The position numbers and the translations under genes are program-made. A DNA stretch of 64,000 nucleotides, taken from the sequence record PV112478.1, one strand, 5' to 3'. Below, one piece after another: positions 19,779-28,151 of this stretch. Within the stretch, counting starts at the first letter, position 1, and every line of letters begins with the position of its first letter. Below the pieces are notes generated by a model. That model did no database searches. It saw nothing but the letters and a program-made list of their open reading frames with translations, and had not been told where the DNA came from.

Positions 19779-20423
19779 ATGTTTGATAAAAACGCAGCAT
19801 TAAAATTACAGCAGTCGTTAAAGAACGCGGGTTTCGATCCGAAAGGCGTTGATGGTTTATGGGGTAAGAACTCGCAAGCGGCACTTGATGCTTCTTTCGA
19901 GAAGTATGACATCGCGTGGAGTGCAATCCCCTCACTGGAGTTCGTCAACAAGACGAAAGACATCGTGGCAAAATTAGGCGGTGATCCGAGTCATTTGATG
20001 TCGTGCATGGCGTTTGAAACCGGCCGTACCTTTAGCCCCACAATTAAAAACGGTGCAGGCGCGCCTTACTGGGGAATCATTCAGGGCGGTGCCGCATTCT
20101 GCAAAGACGTCGGGATCACACTTGATCAGTGGAAGTCCATGACCAACGTACAACAGTTAGACTACGTGTATAAATGGTATATCCCTTATAAAGGGAAACT
20201 GAACGATCTGCCGTCTTGGTATTTAAGAATTCTCTGGCCCGTTGCCGTGACCAAACCGGATTCTTACGTCATGTGGGACAATAAAACGCGTCCGACGACC
20301 TATCTCCAGAACAAGGGTCTCGACGTGAACAAAGATGGGTTGATTACGCGTGGGGAAGTGGCTAAAGTTATTTACAACATGTATGCGGAAGGTTGTTTAA
20401 TCGAAAAACGCCGACCGCTTTAA
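19779..20423 (+). CDS. modular endolysin (short PG-binding motif + lysozyme-like catalytic domain)
   Basis: LKNAGFDPKGVDGLWGKNS PG-binding-like motif; SCMAFETG catalytic Glu; Y.QNKGLD.NKDG.IT..E motif. Confidence 0.8.
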   Translation: MFDKNAALKLQQSLKNAGFDPKGVDGLWGKNSQAALDASFEKYDIAWSAIPSLEFVNKTKDIVAKLGGDPSHLMSCMAFETGRTFSPTIKNGAGAPYWGIIQGGAAFCKDVGITLDQWKSMTNVQQLDYVYKWYIPYKGKLNDLPSWYLRILWPVAVTKPDSYVMWDNKTRPTTYLQNKGLDVNKDGLITRGEVAKVIYNMYAEGCLIEKRRPL

Positions 20424-20433
20424 GCGAGGCGAT

Positions 20434-20559
20434 ATGGGTGTGAGTACTCTTACCGGTGTTGACGTTATAATCATTTGCACCGGTATTCTTGTCACCATGG
20501 CTACAACAGCGTTTGTTATTTCTATCCTGTTTGATGACAAAAATAAAAAAGATGAATAA
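20434..20559 (+). CDS. 41-aa single-TM protein (holin/antiholin candidate), absent from ORF track
   Basis: MGVSTLTGVDVIIICTGILVTMATTAFVISILFDDKNKKDE*; GAGG RBS at 20426; immediately after endolysin. Confidence 0.55.
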   Translation: MGVSTLTGVDVIIICTGILVTMATTAFVISILFDDKNKKDE

Positions 20560-20561
20560 TT

Positions 20562-20592
20562 AAAAGAGAGAGTCCAAATGGACTCTCTCTTT
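20562..20592. terminator. bidirectional terminator
   Basis: AAAGAGAGAGTCC-aaat-GGACTCTCTCTTT. Confidence 0.75.
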
Positions 20593-20597
20593 GTGTT

Positions 20598-21197
20598 TTA
20601 CCCTAAATGCTTCACCGCGAGATCGAAGACTTTTTGCTTCACGTCATCGAAGGTGAACAGACGTTCGTAAGCGGTTTCTTTCTGGTTCCACAACTTGTCC
20701 ATCAAAAAGACGTTACTGACTTCGTTGCGATCAGTACCATTCCAGTGCGGGTTATCGTCAAAGAGGTAATACTGATACCCCTTAAGGTTCTGGTCTAACC
20801 ACGTCTTTTTACACGGCACAATGGCAGGGTCAAGGAAAACCCCTTCCATCTCAATGCCCAGACGATCAAACTGTTTCTGCGTAAACTCTGCTGCGCGAGG
20901 ATGATACCCGCGGTGCGTGGCGAACATTGTTTGAATGCGAGAACCAAAGACCGTTTGCATTTCTTTAATGAGCGAAGGGAGTTGCTCAAAGCCCGAAACC
21001 CATTCTGCTTCTTCCATGAAATGGCCGTCTTCTAAAACCGCCTTGAGGTAAGGTGCTTCAAACGGATCGGTTCTCGAGAGACGGTTCTTCCAAACCAGAC
21101 CACAGTTGAAGGTCCGATTGATCCAGTTAGTCATCGCCACTTCAGTTTCGAATTTAGTGTCATCTAAATCGAAAACGAACATCAACTTTTCCATCAT
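20598..21197 (-). CDS. HAD-superfamily 5'-nucleotidase-like phosphatase
   Basis: FVFDLDDT motif I, ATHRG motif II, K..W, LFDDNP motif IV. Confidence 0.75.
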   Translation of the reverse strand: MMEKLMFVFDLDDTKFETEVAMTNWINRTFNCGLVWKNRLSRTDPFEAPYLKAVLEDGHFMEEAEWVSGFEQLPSLIKEMQTVFGSRIQTMFATHRGYHPRAAEFTQKQFDRLGIEMEGVFLDPAIVPCKKTWLDQNLKGYQYYLFDDNPHWNGTDRNEVSNVFLMDKLWNQKETAYERLFTFDDVKQKVFDLAVKHLG

Positions 21198-21694
21198 TTA
21201 CCTTTACGTTGAATATAGAGTTCAAGCGACTCTTTGAGATTCTCAAGGAAGCTTTGGTTTTGACTGGTCAACTTAAAAGTTCCGCCGCTCCCGGAAATGA
21301 CCAGAGTTTGCCAGAATAAAGAAATGGCGTTAAACTTCCTCAGATCGATGTGGAGCGTATGAGGTCCCCAATAGACCATTATCTCAAGGTCTTGAATAAA
21401 ACGCGTTCTAGGGTGTTCTGAGGAGTTCTCAAAGACCCCTTCGTGAAGAAGATAGTCCGACCACTGCGAGATGATATATTTAAAGACGGTTTCCGCCTCT
21501 ACAAGGTCAAGTGTCTGGATGTTAGTGATGTTGTTATCCTGGTCGATAACCGAGACAAAAGTTTTCGGATAGAGCGTACCTAAACTCTGCGCTTTATCAA
21601 CGTTTTTGATTCGGTTAAGGTCAACGTAGTAAACACCCTTGGTCGTCGAGATAAACAGTTTATCCGACTGTATCCGTTGTAAAAGAGTTTCCAT
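21194..21694 (-). CDS. hypothetical phage protein
   Basis: 166-aa ORF, translationally coupled. Confidence 0.65.
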   Translation of the reverse strand: METLLQRIQSDKLFISTTKGVYYVDLNRIKNVDKAQSLGTLYPKTFVSVIDQDNNITNIQTLDLVEAETVFKYIISQWSDYLLHEGVFENSSEHPRTRFIQDLEIMVYWGPHTLHIDLRKFNAISLFWQTLVISGSGGTFKLTSQNQSFLENLKESLELYIQRKGK

Positions 21695-21699
21695 CAGTT

Positions 21700-22662
21700 T
21701 TACCCTTTGTTATTTGTACCCAGTTCACTGTATTGATCGAGTAAAAAGTTAAGATACGCCTCATGGGGATCAGTGCGGAAAATCATCTCATGAAGCACGG
21801 TAAAAGGTACAGGATTGTCAAAGACCCCGCCAGCAGCCTCAGCGTGCCCTCCACCGTTAAATCGCACCGCGGCTTGTTGTGCCAAACCTGTCCCTTTGCG
21901 TGACCGGAACGACAAACCGAGACCGTTCCGGTTTAACGTTACGTTCACGACCAGATTAACTTTGTCGTCTTGGGCCATGATTGTACTGGCCGCTTCAGAA
22001 GCGTAATAATACGGAGCAGAAATATACGCCACTGAGAAAGGACTTTCTGCCGCCTCTTCAATAATGACTGCTTTATTCAGGTGAAACGCAATATTTTTAT
22101 CCCGACCTTTTACTAACAGTTCGGCCTGCGGGCGGAGAATTTCTTCAACTTGTTCTTTGCTGTATTTAAACAACTCAATGAAAGGTGGGAAAATTTCATC
22201 CTTATCCCCCTTCTTCAAATACTGAACAAAGAGTTCATGGTAATTCCGTTCGCTCTCTTCTGCAATCCAGAGGTCGCGGTTATTGATTAAACGAATCACT
22301 TCTGGCATAGGGGTAGAATTAACATATTTCCATGCTAAACCCGCCCCTGAAAGTTCTGTGTCGAAATAAACAACCGTCGCCCCGAAGAATTTTTGGATCT
22401 TATCACATTCTTCTTTTTTGTCTGCATGATGATCGAGTATCACGATAGACCGTATACGTGCCGCGTTCTTCTCAACCCATTCAAACGGTGGGGTGAAATC
22501 GACAAAAACAATATGCACCGGTTCCTCATTTTCTAAGTCCGGCATAGCGCGGTAGTTTACCGGGATGAAAGTCTGCAGCCTTGTATATTGATACATGATT
22601 GCCGCTGCCGCGAAACCGTCCATGCAAAGGTCGTGGTAATAAACGATTATTTCATTATTCAT
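21700..22662 (-). CDS. DHH/DHHA1 phosphoesterase
   Basis: YH..CMDG, VDF, LDHH, SGA.LAW, NRDLW, RS...GGGHAEAAG motifs. Confidence 0.85.
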   Translation of the reverse strand: MNNEIIVYYHDLCMDGFAAAAIMYQYTRLQTFIPVNYRAMPDLENEEPVHIVFVDFTPPFEWVEKNAARIRSIVILDHHADKKEECDKIQKFFGATVVYFDTELSGAGLAWKYVNSTPMPEVIRLINNRDLWIAEESERNYHELFVQYLKKGDKDEIFPPFIELFKYSKEQVEEILRPQAELLVKGRDKNIAFHLNKAVIIEEAAESPFSVAYISAPYYYASEAASTIMAQDDKVNLVVNVTLNRNGLGLSFRSRKGTGLAQQAAVRFNGGGHAEAAGGVFDNPVPFTVLHEMIFRTDPHEAYLNFLLDQYSELGTNNKG

Positions 22663-22709
22663 AAATTCTCCAAAAAAATAAAAGAGGGGAATTTTCCCCT
22701 CTGTGATAG

Positions 22710-22961
22710 TTAGGCCAGGATTTTTAAAATCTGACGACCGTAGAACGTTTGGGTTAAGACGTTCAATTTAAACTCGGCCTTTTCAGGATAAACAATGAAT
22801 TGTTCGCAGATATTTTTCGTCTCGTCAAAACGAAGACGTTTAAAAATCCGTTCCGCGACCCGTTTCATGATTTTTGCTTTTCCGTTGTGTTCGCGAAAGG
22901 CTATGGCTAATGTAACGAGCAGATCGATCATCTCGTGATCAATTAAACGTCTATCACTCAT
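22710..22961 (-). CDS. hypothetical phage protein
   Basis: 83-aa ORF, coupled to upstream gene. Confidence 0.65.
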   Translation of the reverse strand: MSDRRLIDHEMIDLLVTLAIAFREHNGKAKIMKRVAERIFKRLRFDETKNICEQFIVYPEKAEFKLNVLTQTFYGRQILKILA

Positions 22962-23305
22962 CCCGCGACATCCAGATTAGTGTAAAGTACAGAACAAGTG
23001 TCATCTCCGTCAAAAACAACACCGCTTTCATTCAACCAACGAACAGTTTCCTTTTTCTGCGTGAAAGAGACCGTACTGTAAACTTTATACCCTGGCGTCT
23101 GCGCCTCGCCTTCCATGGCAGAAAGCGAAGAAGGCTTAGCACGCATAAAGGTGACATGAACGGTTTTAGGGTTAACGCCAGGGAACAACGTCACCGCGTT
23201 TTTAACCTCAGTGTTGACGCGATCGATACAAGCGCTATTCGGCGCAGCTTGGGCGGTCGTAGCAGTGAACAGTAGAGCGATGGCCATCAAAGTAATCTTT
23301 TTCAT
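22958..23305 (-). CDS. exported protein (Sec signal peptide, two Cys)
   Basis: MKKITLMAIALLFTATTAQA leader. Confidence 0.7.
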   Translation of the reverse strand: MKKITLMAIALLFTATTAQAAPNSACIDRVNTEVKNAVTLFPGVNPKTVHVTFMRAKPSSLSAMEGEAQTPGYKVYSTVSFTQKKETVRWLNESGVVFDGDDTCSVLYTNLDVAG

Positions 23306-23401
23306 TTTCTTCTCCTTCTAAAACGCGGTTCTTTTGTTCGTTGTCTAAGTGAATCCCGATTTCGCTCATAGCGGCAAAGAAATCGTCGTCGGTGAAATTT
23401 T

Positions 23402-23803
23402 TCATTCTGTTACGATAAAACCAAAATTGTTTAACGGTCGGAAAGACCCGTGATCGATAAAACGAGAATAGTTGGAAAGCGTTTCGTACCATCTCAAAAT
23501 TGAGGGCGTGAGATTGTAGTACTCAATTCCCTCAATGATAGTTAACCAACTGGTCTCAGTTTGAATATCCAGTAAATATCCCTCATAATCGCAATTTAAA
23601 ATATCGTAGAGCGTTTCTACGAACAATTCGGTATCTACATCAGAAAGGTGAAGATCACTTCTGGAGAGTGTTTGTAGCGCCTTAAAGATAGGGCCCAGCG
23701 TTTCAAAAACTTCCATCCCATGATAACTCGCGAGTATCCGGATGAATGGCGGATACTCAACGAAAAATCGGCTACGCGACCCCCGGATAATATCGTAAGT
23801 CAT
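23402..23803 (-). CDS. hypothetical phage protein
   Basis: 133-aa ORF. Confidence 0.6.
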   Translation of the reverse strand: MTYDIIRGSRSRFFVEYPPFIRILASYHGMEVFETLGPIFKALQTLSRSDLHLSDVDTELFVETLYDILNCDYEGYLLDIQTETSWLTIIEGIEYYNLTPSILRWYETLSNYSRFIDHGSFRPLNNFGFIVTE

Positions 23804-24005
23804 CAGGGCGACGCTCCTTGAGTTCGCGGACTAAAACTTTCAATGGCGCCGGCGAGAGTGTCACTTTCATCAGCCAGTTATAACAGTCAATTTCTTTGAC
23901 TTTAGTCGCCATTAACCGGGCGGCTGTTTTGATAGCCGTTTGAGTTTTGTGCTCGCTGTACGCCAGTTGTAACGTGAGAAGAATGTGATCCCATTCAGTT
24001 TCCAT
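23772..24005 (-). CDS. hypothetical phage protein
   Basis: 77-aa ORF with GGAG RBS. Confidence 0.55.
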   Translation of the reverse strand: METEWDHILLTLQLAYSEHKTQTAIKTAARLMATKVKEIDCYNWLMKVTLSPAPLKVLVRELKERRPDDLRYYPGVA

Positions 24006-24007
24006 GA

Positions 24008-24430
24008 TTAGCTCCGTGTGAAAATGTCTACCCCAAAGAATCCTGGGGCGTCTTTGTAACTGTCACCCAACTTCCAATAGTCATTGAAGGTGCGGCGTTT
24101 AAGGGTTATCACCCCTTCGTATTCGATCAAGGTTTTATCCGTAATGGCGATATCAGCTTTGATCCCTTTATCGGTCAGTCTGAAATTACCGATGAAGTGA
24201 GAAGGCGTCACGATCTTTCTAAAACGTGCGAAGAATTCGTTAGTATTTTCCCAAGCGAGTTTAGTTAATTGAGGATTAAGTTCACCCTCAAGAACTTGTC
24301 TGGTTTTAAACGCCCTTGATAACCGTTCGATATCGGCAGCGCGCAGGTAGTTCGGTAAGGGGAGATAAATATTAACTAGTTTACTAACATTAGCCGGTTT
24401 AAACACGTTGAATACCCTTTCATGAAACAA
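24008..24430 (-). CDS. hypothetical protein, possible degenerate S80/prohead-protease-fold paralog
   Basis: EGELNP...SHFI...RR...FGVDIF pattern; start codon uncertain. Confidence 0.5.
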   Translation of the reverse strand: MFHERVFNVFKPANVSKLVNIYLPLPNYLRAADIERLSRAFKTRQVLEGELNPQLTKLAWENTNEFFARFRKIVTPSHFIGNFRLTDKGIKADIAITDKTLIEYEGVITLKRRTFNDYWKLGDSYKDAPGFFGVDIFTRS

Positions 24431-24459
24431 AACAAATAAGGGCGAAAACGCCCTTAGAA

Positions 24460-24627
24460 TTAAATTTTACATGCCCCGCCTTCGCAGTCATCGCTGGCTT
24501 CGATTTCGGGTTGTTCTTCGATAAACGCTTCGGCTTTCGCTAACGCCGATTCCGCTTCTTCTTCGCTCAGAGTGAATGAATCAAAATCCAGACTTTCGTC
24601 TTTCTTTTCAGGGGTGGTTTGTGACAT
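24460..24627 (-). CDS. 55-aa acidic peptide ending in an NrdA-like redox tail, absent from ORF track
   Basis: MSQTTPEKKDESLDFDSFTLSEEEAESALAKAEAFIEEQPEIEASDDCEGGACKI*; AAGGA RBS; hairpin terminator at 24436-24456. Confidence 0.75.
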   Translation of the reverse strand: MSQTTPEKKDESLDFDSFTLSEEEAESALAKAEAFIEEQPEIEASDDCEGGACKI

Positions 24628-24740
24628 GGTAACGCTATCCTTTCTTTATTCTAGGCGGCTTGCCTCAAAGAAAGACAGAATAAACTTAAAAAAGAAAAAG
24701 ATCTAGGAGCGGAGAGGGTTTACCCTCTCCACCCACTTGT

Positions 24741-25211
24741 TTAGCCGAGATAGAAGCAATTACCGCCTTTATTTTCGGCGACGATTTTCTTGAGCCCGTT
24801 AGTTGAGAAAACAACGAAGGTCTCCGGATGACTTTGCACGTAAACCTTAACGGTTTTTGCTTTGGTTTTCTTAACGCCTTCGAAGAACAAGCGCCAGTTA
24901 CTTGCCCCAACTGTAGAAGCAGGAGAGATCATCTGGTACTTCTGACCGGCCATTTCGATAACCAGCGCGTAGCGATCATCATCGCTGGAAAGCGAGTTGC
25001 CGTTAGTACCGTTCAGAAACAGCGCTTGAACCGGCCATTGGTCGCCAGTATCTCGGCAAGAGAATGCGAGCGAAAAACCGTCGCTGTTTTCGGTGTAGAA
25101 TTCCAGAGTACCCTGCTGATAAGATTCGGTCCAATTATTGACGATGGCCATGGCATTGAAGGACGCGATAGAGGACAGGGCGATGAGTGAAGCAGCAATG
25201 AATTTTTTCAT
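24741..25211 (-). CDS. exported protein (signal peptide, two Cys)
   Basis: MKKFIAASLIALSSIASFNAMA leader. Confidence 0.7.
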   Translation of the reverse strand: MKKFIAASLIALSSIASFNAMAIVNNWTESYQQGTLEFYTENSDGFSLAFSCRDTGDQWPVQALFLNGTNGNSLSSDDDRYALVIEMAGQKYQMISPASTVGASNWRLFFEGVKKTKAKTVKVYVQSHPETFVVFSTNGLKKIVAENKGGNCFYLG

Positions 25212-25279
25212 GGGATAGACCTTATTAAGTTAATGTAAATCGATAGATAGTTGAACGACAAGGAAACTGCGTCAGTGGA

Positions 25280-25588
25280 CTAGTACCAGTAATTACGGGA
25301 ATGAAACGATTCTCTTGCTACCGCTTCTCTTGTTTTCTGATAAACGAGACCTTCGAAGACAGCGCGCATGATCCAGAAAGCGACATGACTGATCAGGTAG
25401 CCTATTTTACTTAAGAAACAAGTCCAATCACGGAGTTTTCTTATCGAGCGACCTTTCCAGGAATTATCGTAAAGGACTTCTGGTGTTGCGCACTTTGCAG
25501 TTAACTTTTTGTTAGCGATGTAGGTTAAGAAAGTGATCATCGCCAGGACAGCAAAAGTAACAACAGAAATGAACAGATAGAATTCCAT
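25280..25588 (-). CDS. small membrane protein
   Basis: N-terminal TM helix; C-terminus NYWY shared with 25990-26262. Confidence 0.7.
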   Translation of the reverse strand: MEFYLFISVVTFAVLAMITFLTYIANKKLTAKCATPEVLYDNSWKGRSIRKLRDWTCFLSKIGYLISHVAFWIMRAVFEGLVYQKTREAVARESFHSRNYWY

Positions 25589-25608
25589 GGAGTAGTCCTC
25601 GGTTTGCC

Positions 25609-25917
25609 TTAAAGTGGTTGGTAGTCAGCATCATCAAATTTGTCGTGCCACGTGCGGCGGTTCTTGCCGGACACGCGATGGCGGTTACGATGACGTTTGT
25701 GTTTTTCTTTTTGTCTTTCCGTTGGTTCACCGTAGAAAAGAACATCGTTAACAGCAGGTTCTTCGTTAACAATTTCTTCGGTAGCACAAACTGCTTCGGT
25801 CGTTACCTCTTCGGCAACGACGTCGGCGTCAACTTTACCGCGGTAGAATATGGTAAAAAATGCACTACAGAGTAAACCAATGACAACAAGAATAGCAAAA
25901 ATGATTAAAAGAGTCAT
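25609..25917 (-). CDS. small membrane protein with acidic then basic tail
   Basis: N-terminal TM; AAGGAG RBS. Confidence 0.7.
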   Translation of the reverse strand: MTLLIIFAILVVIGLLCSAFFTIFYRGKVDADVVAEEVTTEAVCATEEIVNEEPAVNDVLFYGEPTERQKEKHKRHRNRHRVSGKNRRTWHDKFDDADYQPL

Positions 25918-25989
25918 GGTTATATCTCCTTATTTTTAGCGAACAAAGTTTTTAAAAATAACTACGAACTCAATGACGACAATTTTTAC

Positions 25990-26262
25990 TTAGTACCAAT
26001 AGTTATTAATTTCCAGCTCTACTTCAATTACGTATTTAAAAACCAACGCGGAAACAGGCACGAAGATAAAGAGGATTGCGTAATATGGTACAAACGCGCA
26101 GCCCAACAGAGCAGAGATACCGACCAAGCAAGAGAAGATGTAACAACCTTTAATGATCTCATTTCGTTTTTCGATACCGAATAACTTATTACGATCAACG
26201 GCAACAGCAATGATAATCGCTATCGCTGCTAATAAGCCCATTACGATAGTAAAGATTAACAT
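25990..26262 (-). CDS. small multi-TM membrane protein
   Basis: Three hydrophobic segments. Confidence 0.7.
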   Translation of the reverse strand: MLIFTIVMGLLAAIAIIIAVAVDRNKLFGIEKRNEIIKGCYIFSCLVGISALLGCAFVPYYAILFIFVPVSALVFKYVIEVELEINNYWY

Positions 26263-26598
26263 ATTTTTTTTCCTTTTACTTTAAGAGTAGACTTAGACGT
26301 GAGAGAGTTGTTTGCGTTATAAGAGTCGCATACGGCGATGTCCAGAACCAGACGGCGAAGCCTGTCAATTGTTCTGCAACTACCGAACCAGTAAGAGGGT
26401 TTACTGCTATTGTCCCTGAACTCTGATCTTTCCTCGATTTCGGAAGAGTCAGTAGGTACAACGCCACAGCCTCGATTACAGGTGTCGGGTGGGTAACGAG
26501 AAATATCGTCTTATAACGGTTTGAGAGTGTGAGAATTTAATTTAGCTTATCGTAAGGCGTTTCCTTCTTATCTCGTGTGCCAAGGGTGAGGTGACGAC

Positions 26599-26886
26599 TT
26601 AAGCGGTTACCGCTGCGTCAGAGACGTCGGTCTCGCCTGCGTCAGTCGCAGTCTCGCCGTCAGTGGCAGGAGAAATGACGGTTTTGAGGTTGTTGTAGCT
26701 ATCGTGAATATAGCTGAAGATAACCAAGACCGCAAAAGCGTAGGCCGCCACTTCCATGGCAGTGGCCATGCAGAACGCGGCGAAGATTGCCAGCGCGGCA
26801 ACGATCAGGGTGTCGGTGATGAAAGCAAAGATTGCTTTGGTTTTCTCAGTGAAAGAGAAAGAGAAGAACGCTTTGATTTTTTCCAT
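26599..26886 (-). CDS. small membrane protein
   Basis: Long Ala-rich hydrophobic core, acidic tail; AAGG RBS. Confidence 0.7.
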   Translation of the reverse strand: MEKIKAFFSFSFTEKTKAIFAFITDTLIVAALAIFAAFCMATAMEVAAYAFAVLVIFSYIHDSYNNLKTVISPATDGETATDAGETDVSDAAVTA

Positions 26887-26966
26887 GATAATTTACCTTT
26901 TGAATTGAATAATTTAACTACGGGCGAGAGTGCACTACTCACGCTGTTGAGAGGCAGCGCTTACTA

Positions 26967-27086
26967 CTATTTGACCGCTTTTAAGTAACTCCCTACGGCG
27001 ACGGCGAAAACGCAGGCCGGGAGTAAAGCCAGGTCAAGAATAAGTACCGAGGAAATAATCCCCAGTACCACGAAAGACGTTTTCAT
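26967..27086 (-). CDS. 39-aa hydrophobic peptide, absent from ORF track
   Basis: MKTSFVVLGIISSVLILDLALLPACVFAVAVGSYLKAVK*; TAATG overlap with upstream gene, GGAGG RBS. Confidence 0.65.
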   Translation of the reverse strand: MKTSFVVLGIISSVLILDLALLPACVFAVAVGSYLKAVK

Positions 27087-27256
27087 TACAACGCCTCCGG
27101 TGAATGAGTTGCGTTGAAATTGGCTTTGTTAAACTGCTCTTCTGAAAGCGCTCCAATAACTCCCGCGGCGAACGCTACCAGAACTGCTGGGATGATAGTC
27201 AGTTCAAAGAAGGTGCAGATCAGCAGAGTGAGAATTAACGTGATGAAGTAAGACAT
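27086..27256 (-). CDS. 56-aa hydrophobic peptide, absent from ORF track
   Basis: MSYFITLILTLLICTFFELTIIPAVLVAFAAGVIGALSEEQFNKANFNATHSPEAL*; GAGGGAG RBS. Confidence 0.65.
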   Translation of the reverse strand: MSYFITLILTLLICTFFELTIIPAVLVAFAAGVIGALSEEQFNKANFNATHSPEAL

Positions 27257-27271
27257 GATGATTTCTCCCTC

Positions 27272-27430
27272 TTAGGATAAATAGGTAACGGAGACTAACA
27301 GTGCGAACGGCGAAACGATATACCAGACGAGCACGGAGACGAATCCGTAAAGGATGGCCATCGGTAACGAGACACCGAAACAAAGCATCGCAACGAGAGC
27401 GACAATTAATAAAAGTATACTTTCTTTCAT
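27272..27430 (-). CDS. 52-aa hydrophobic peptide, absent from ORF track
   Basis: MKESILLLIVALVAMLCFGVSLPMAILYGFVSVLVWYIVSPFALLVSVTYLS*; first gene after promoter module, GAGG RBS. Confidence 0.65.
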   Translation of the reverse strand: MKESILLLIVALVAMLCFGVSLPMAILYGFVSVLVWYIVSPFALLVSVTYLS

Positions 27431-27446
27431 TTTACTTTACCTCTTA

Positions 27447-27544
27447 TTGGTTTAGTTATTTGGAAAAGACTTTTTCCTTTCCTATTTCACCTTAGCAATA
27501 TATACATCAAAAAAACTGCATTTCGATTTGTTGAAGTTTTTATG
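27447..27544. promoter_or_regulatory. divergent promoter module (copy 2)
   Basis: Near-identical to 6493-6590, including downstream AAGTTTTTATG. Confidence 0.7.
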
Positions 27545-28111
27545 AAACATCTACCTTGGGGATTGAATACGATGAAGAAAATTACGCTTTGGGGACATCC
27601 TGTTCCGTTATTGGGCTTCTTGCATTGGCTGAGTTTTTTATTGATCTACTTCGCAGCGTTGATCATTTGCGTCATTGTCACACCGTTTCTACCGGCCTTT
27701 GCGACGAAGGACGGTAAACTACCGAAATGGCTGAAATGGTTCGACACACCGGACAATAGTTTAGACGGGGATTCCGGTTGGAAAGAGAAACACTCCCTCT
27801 GGGTAAAGGTACTCCCTGAATGGACGCAAACTTACGTCGCCCGTGTCTTTTGGTTATACCGCAATCCATTGTACGGTTTTTCTATTAGCGTGTTAGGTGC
27901 ACCAAAAGACAAATTCCGTCAACCTATTTTAGAGGGTAAAGGGTTTGATGTTAAAGGCACCTATAAGTCCCATTACTGGATGGTCTACTTCATGCGTGAC
28001 GACCACGTGAAGAAACGCCGGTTTAAGGTTTACATTGGATGGAAACTGAAAGCAGAAGGGTTTGAGAAATACCAGTTTGCATTTCTGATCAACCCGTTCC
28101 AAACGCCGTAA
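27542..28111 (+). CDS. conserved phage membrane-associated protein of unknown function
   Basis: PKWLKWFDTPDNSLDGD.GW...WLYRNP...IGWKL motif family; N-terminal TM; true start probably 27571. Confidence 0.65.
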   Translation: MKHLPWGLNTMKKITLWGHPVPLLGFLHWLSFLLIYFAALIICVIVTPFLPAFATKDGKLPKWLKWFDTPDNSLDGDSGWKEKHSLWVKVLPEWTQTYVARVFWLYRNPLYGFSISVLGAPKDKFRQPILEGKGFDVKGTYKSHYWMVYFMRDDHVKKRRFKVYIGWKLKAEGFEKYQFAFLINPFQTP

Positions 28112-28151
28112 AGAAACAAAAAAAAAAGAGAGGGCAAACGCCCTCTCTTTT

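Noticed and set aside
26276-26467. 63-aa GTG-start ORF
   Set aside because: GAGG is only 2 nt from the start and the region is highly base-paired; treated as probable non-coding.
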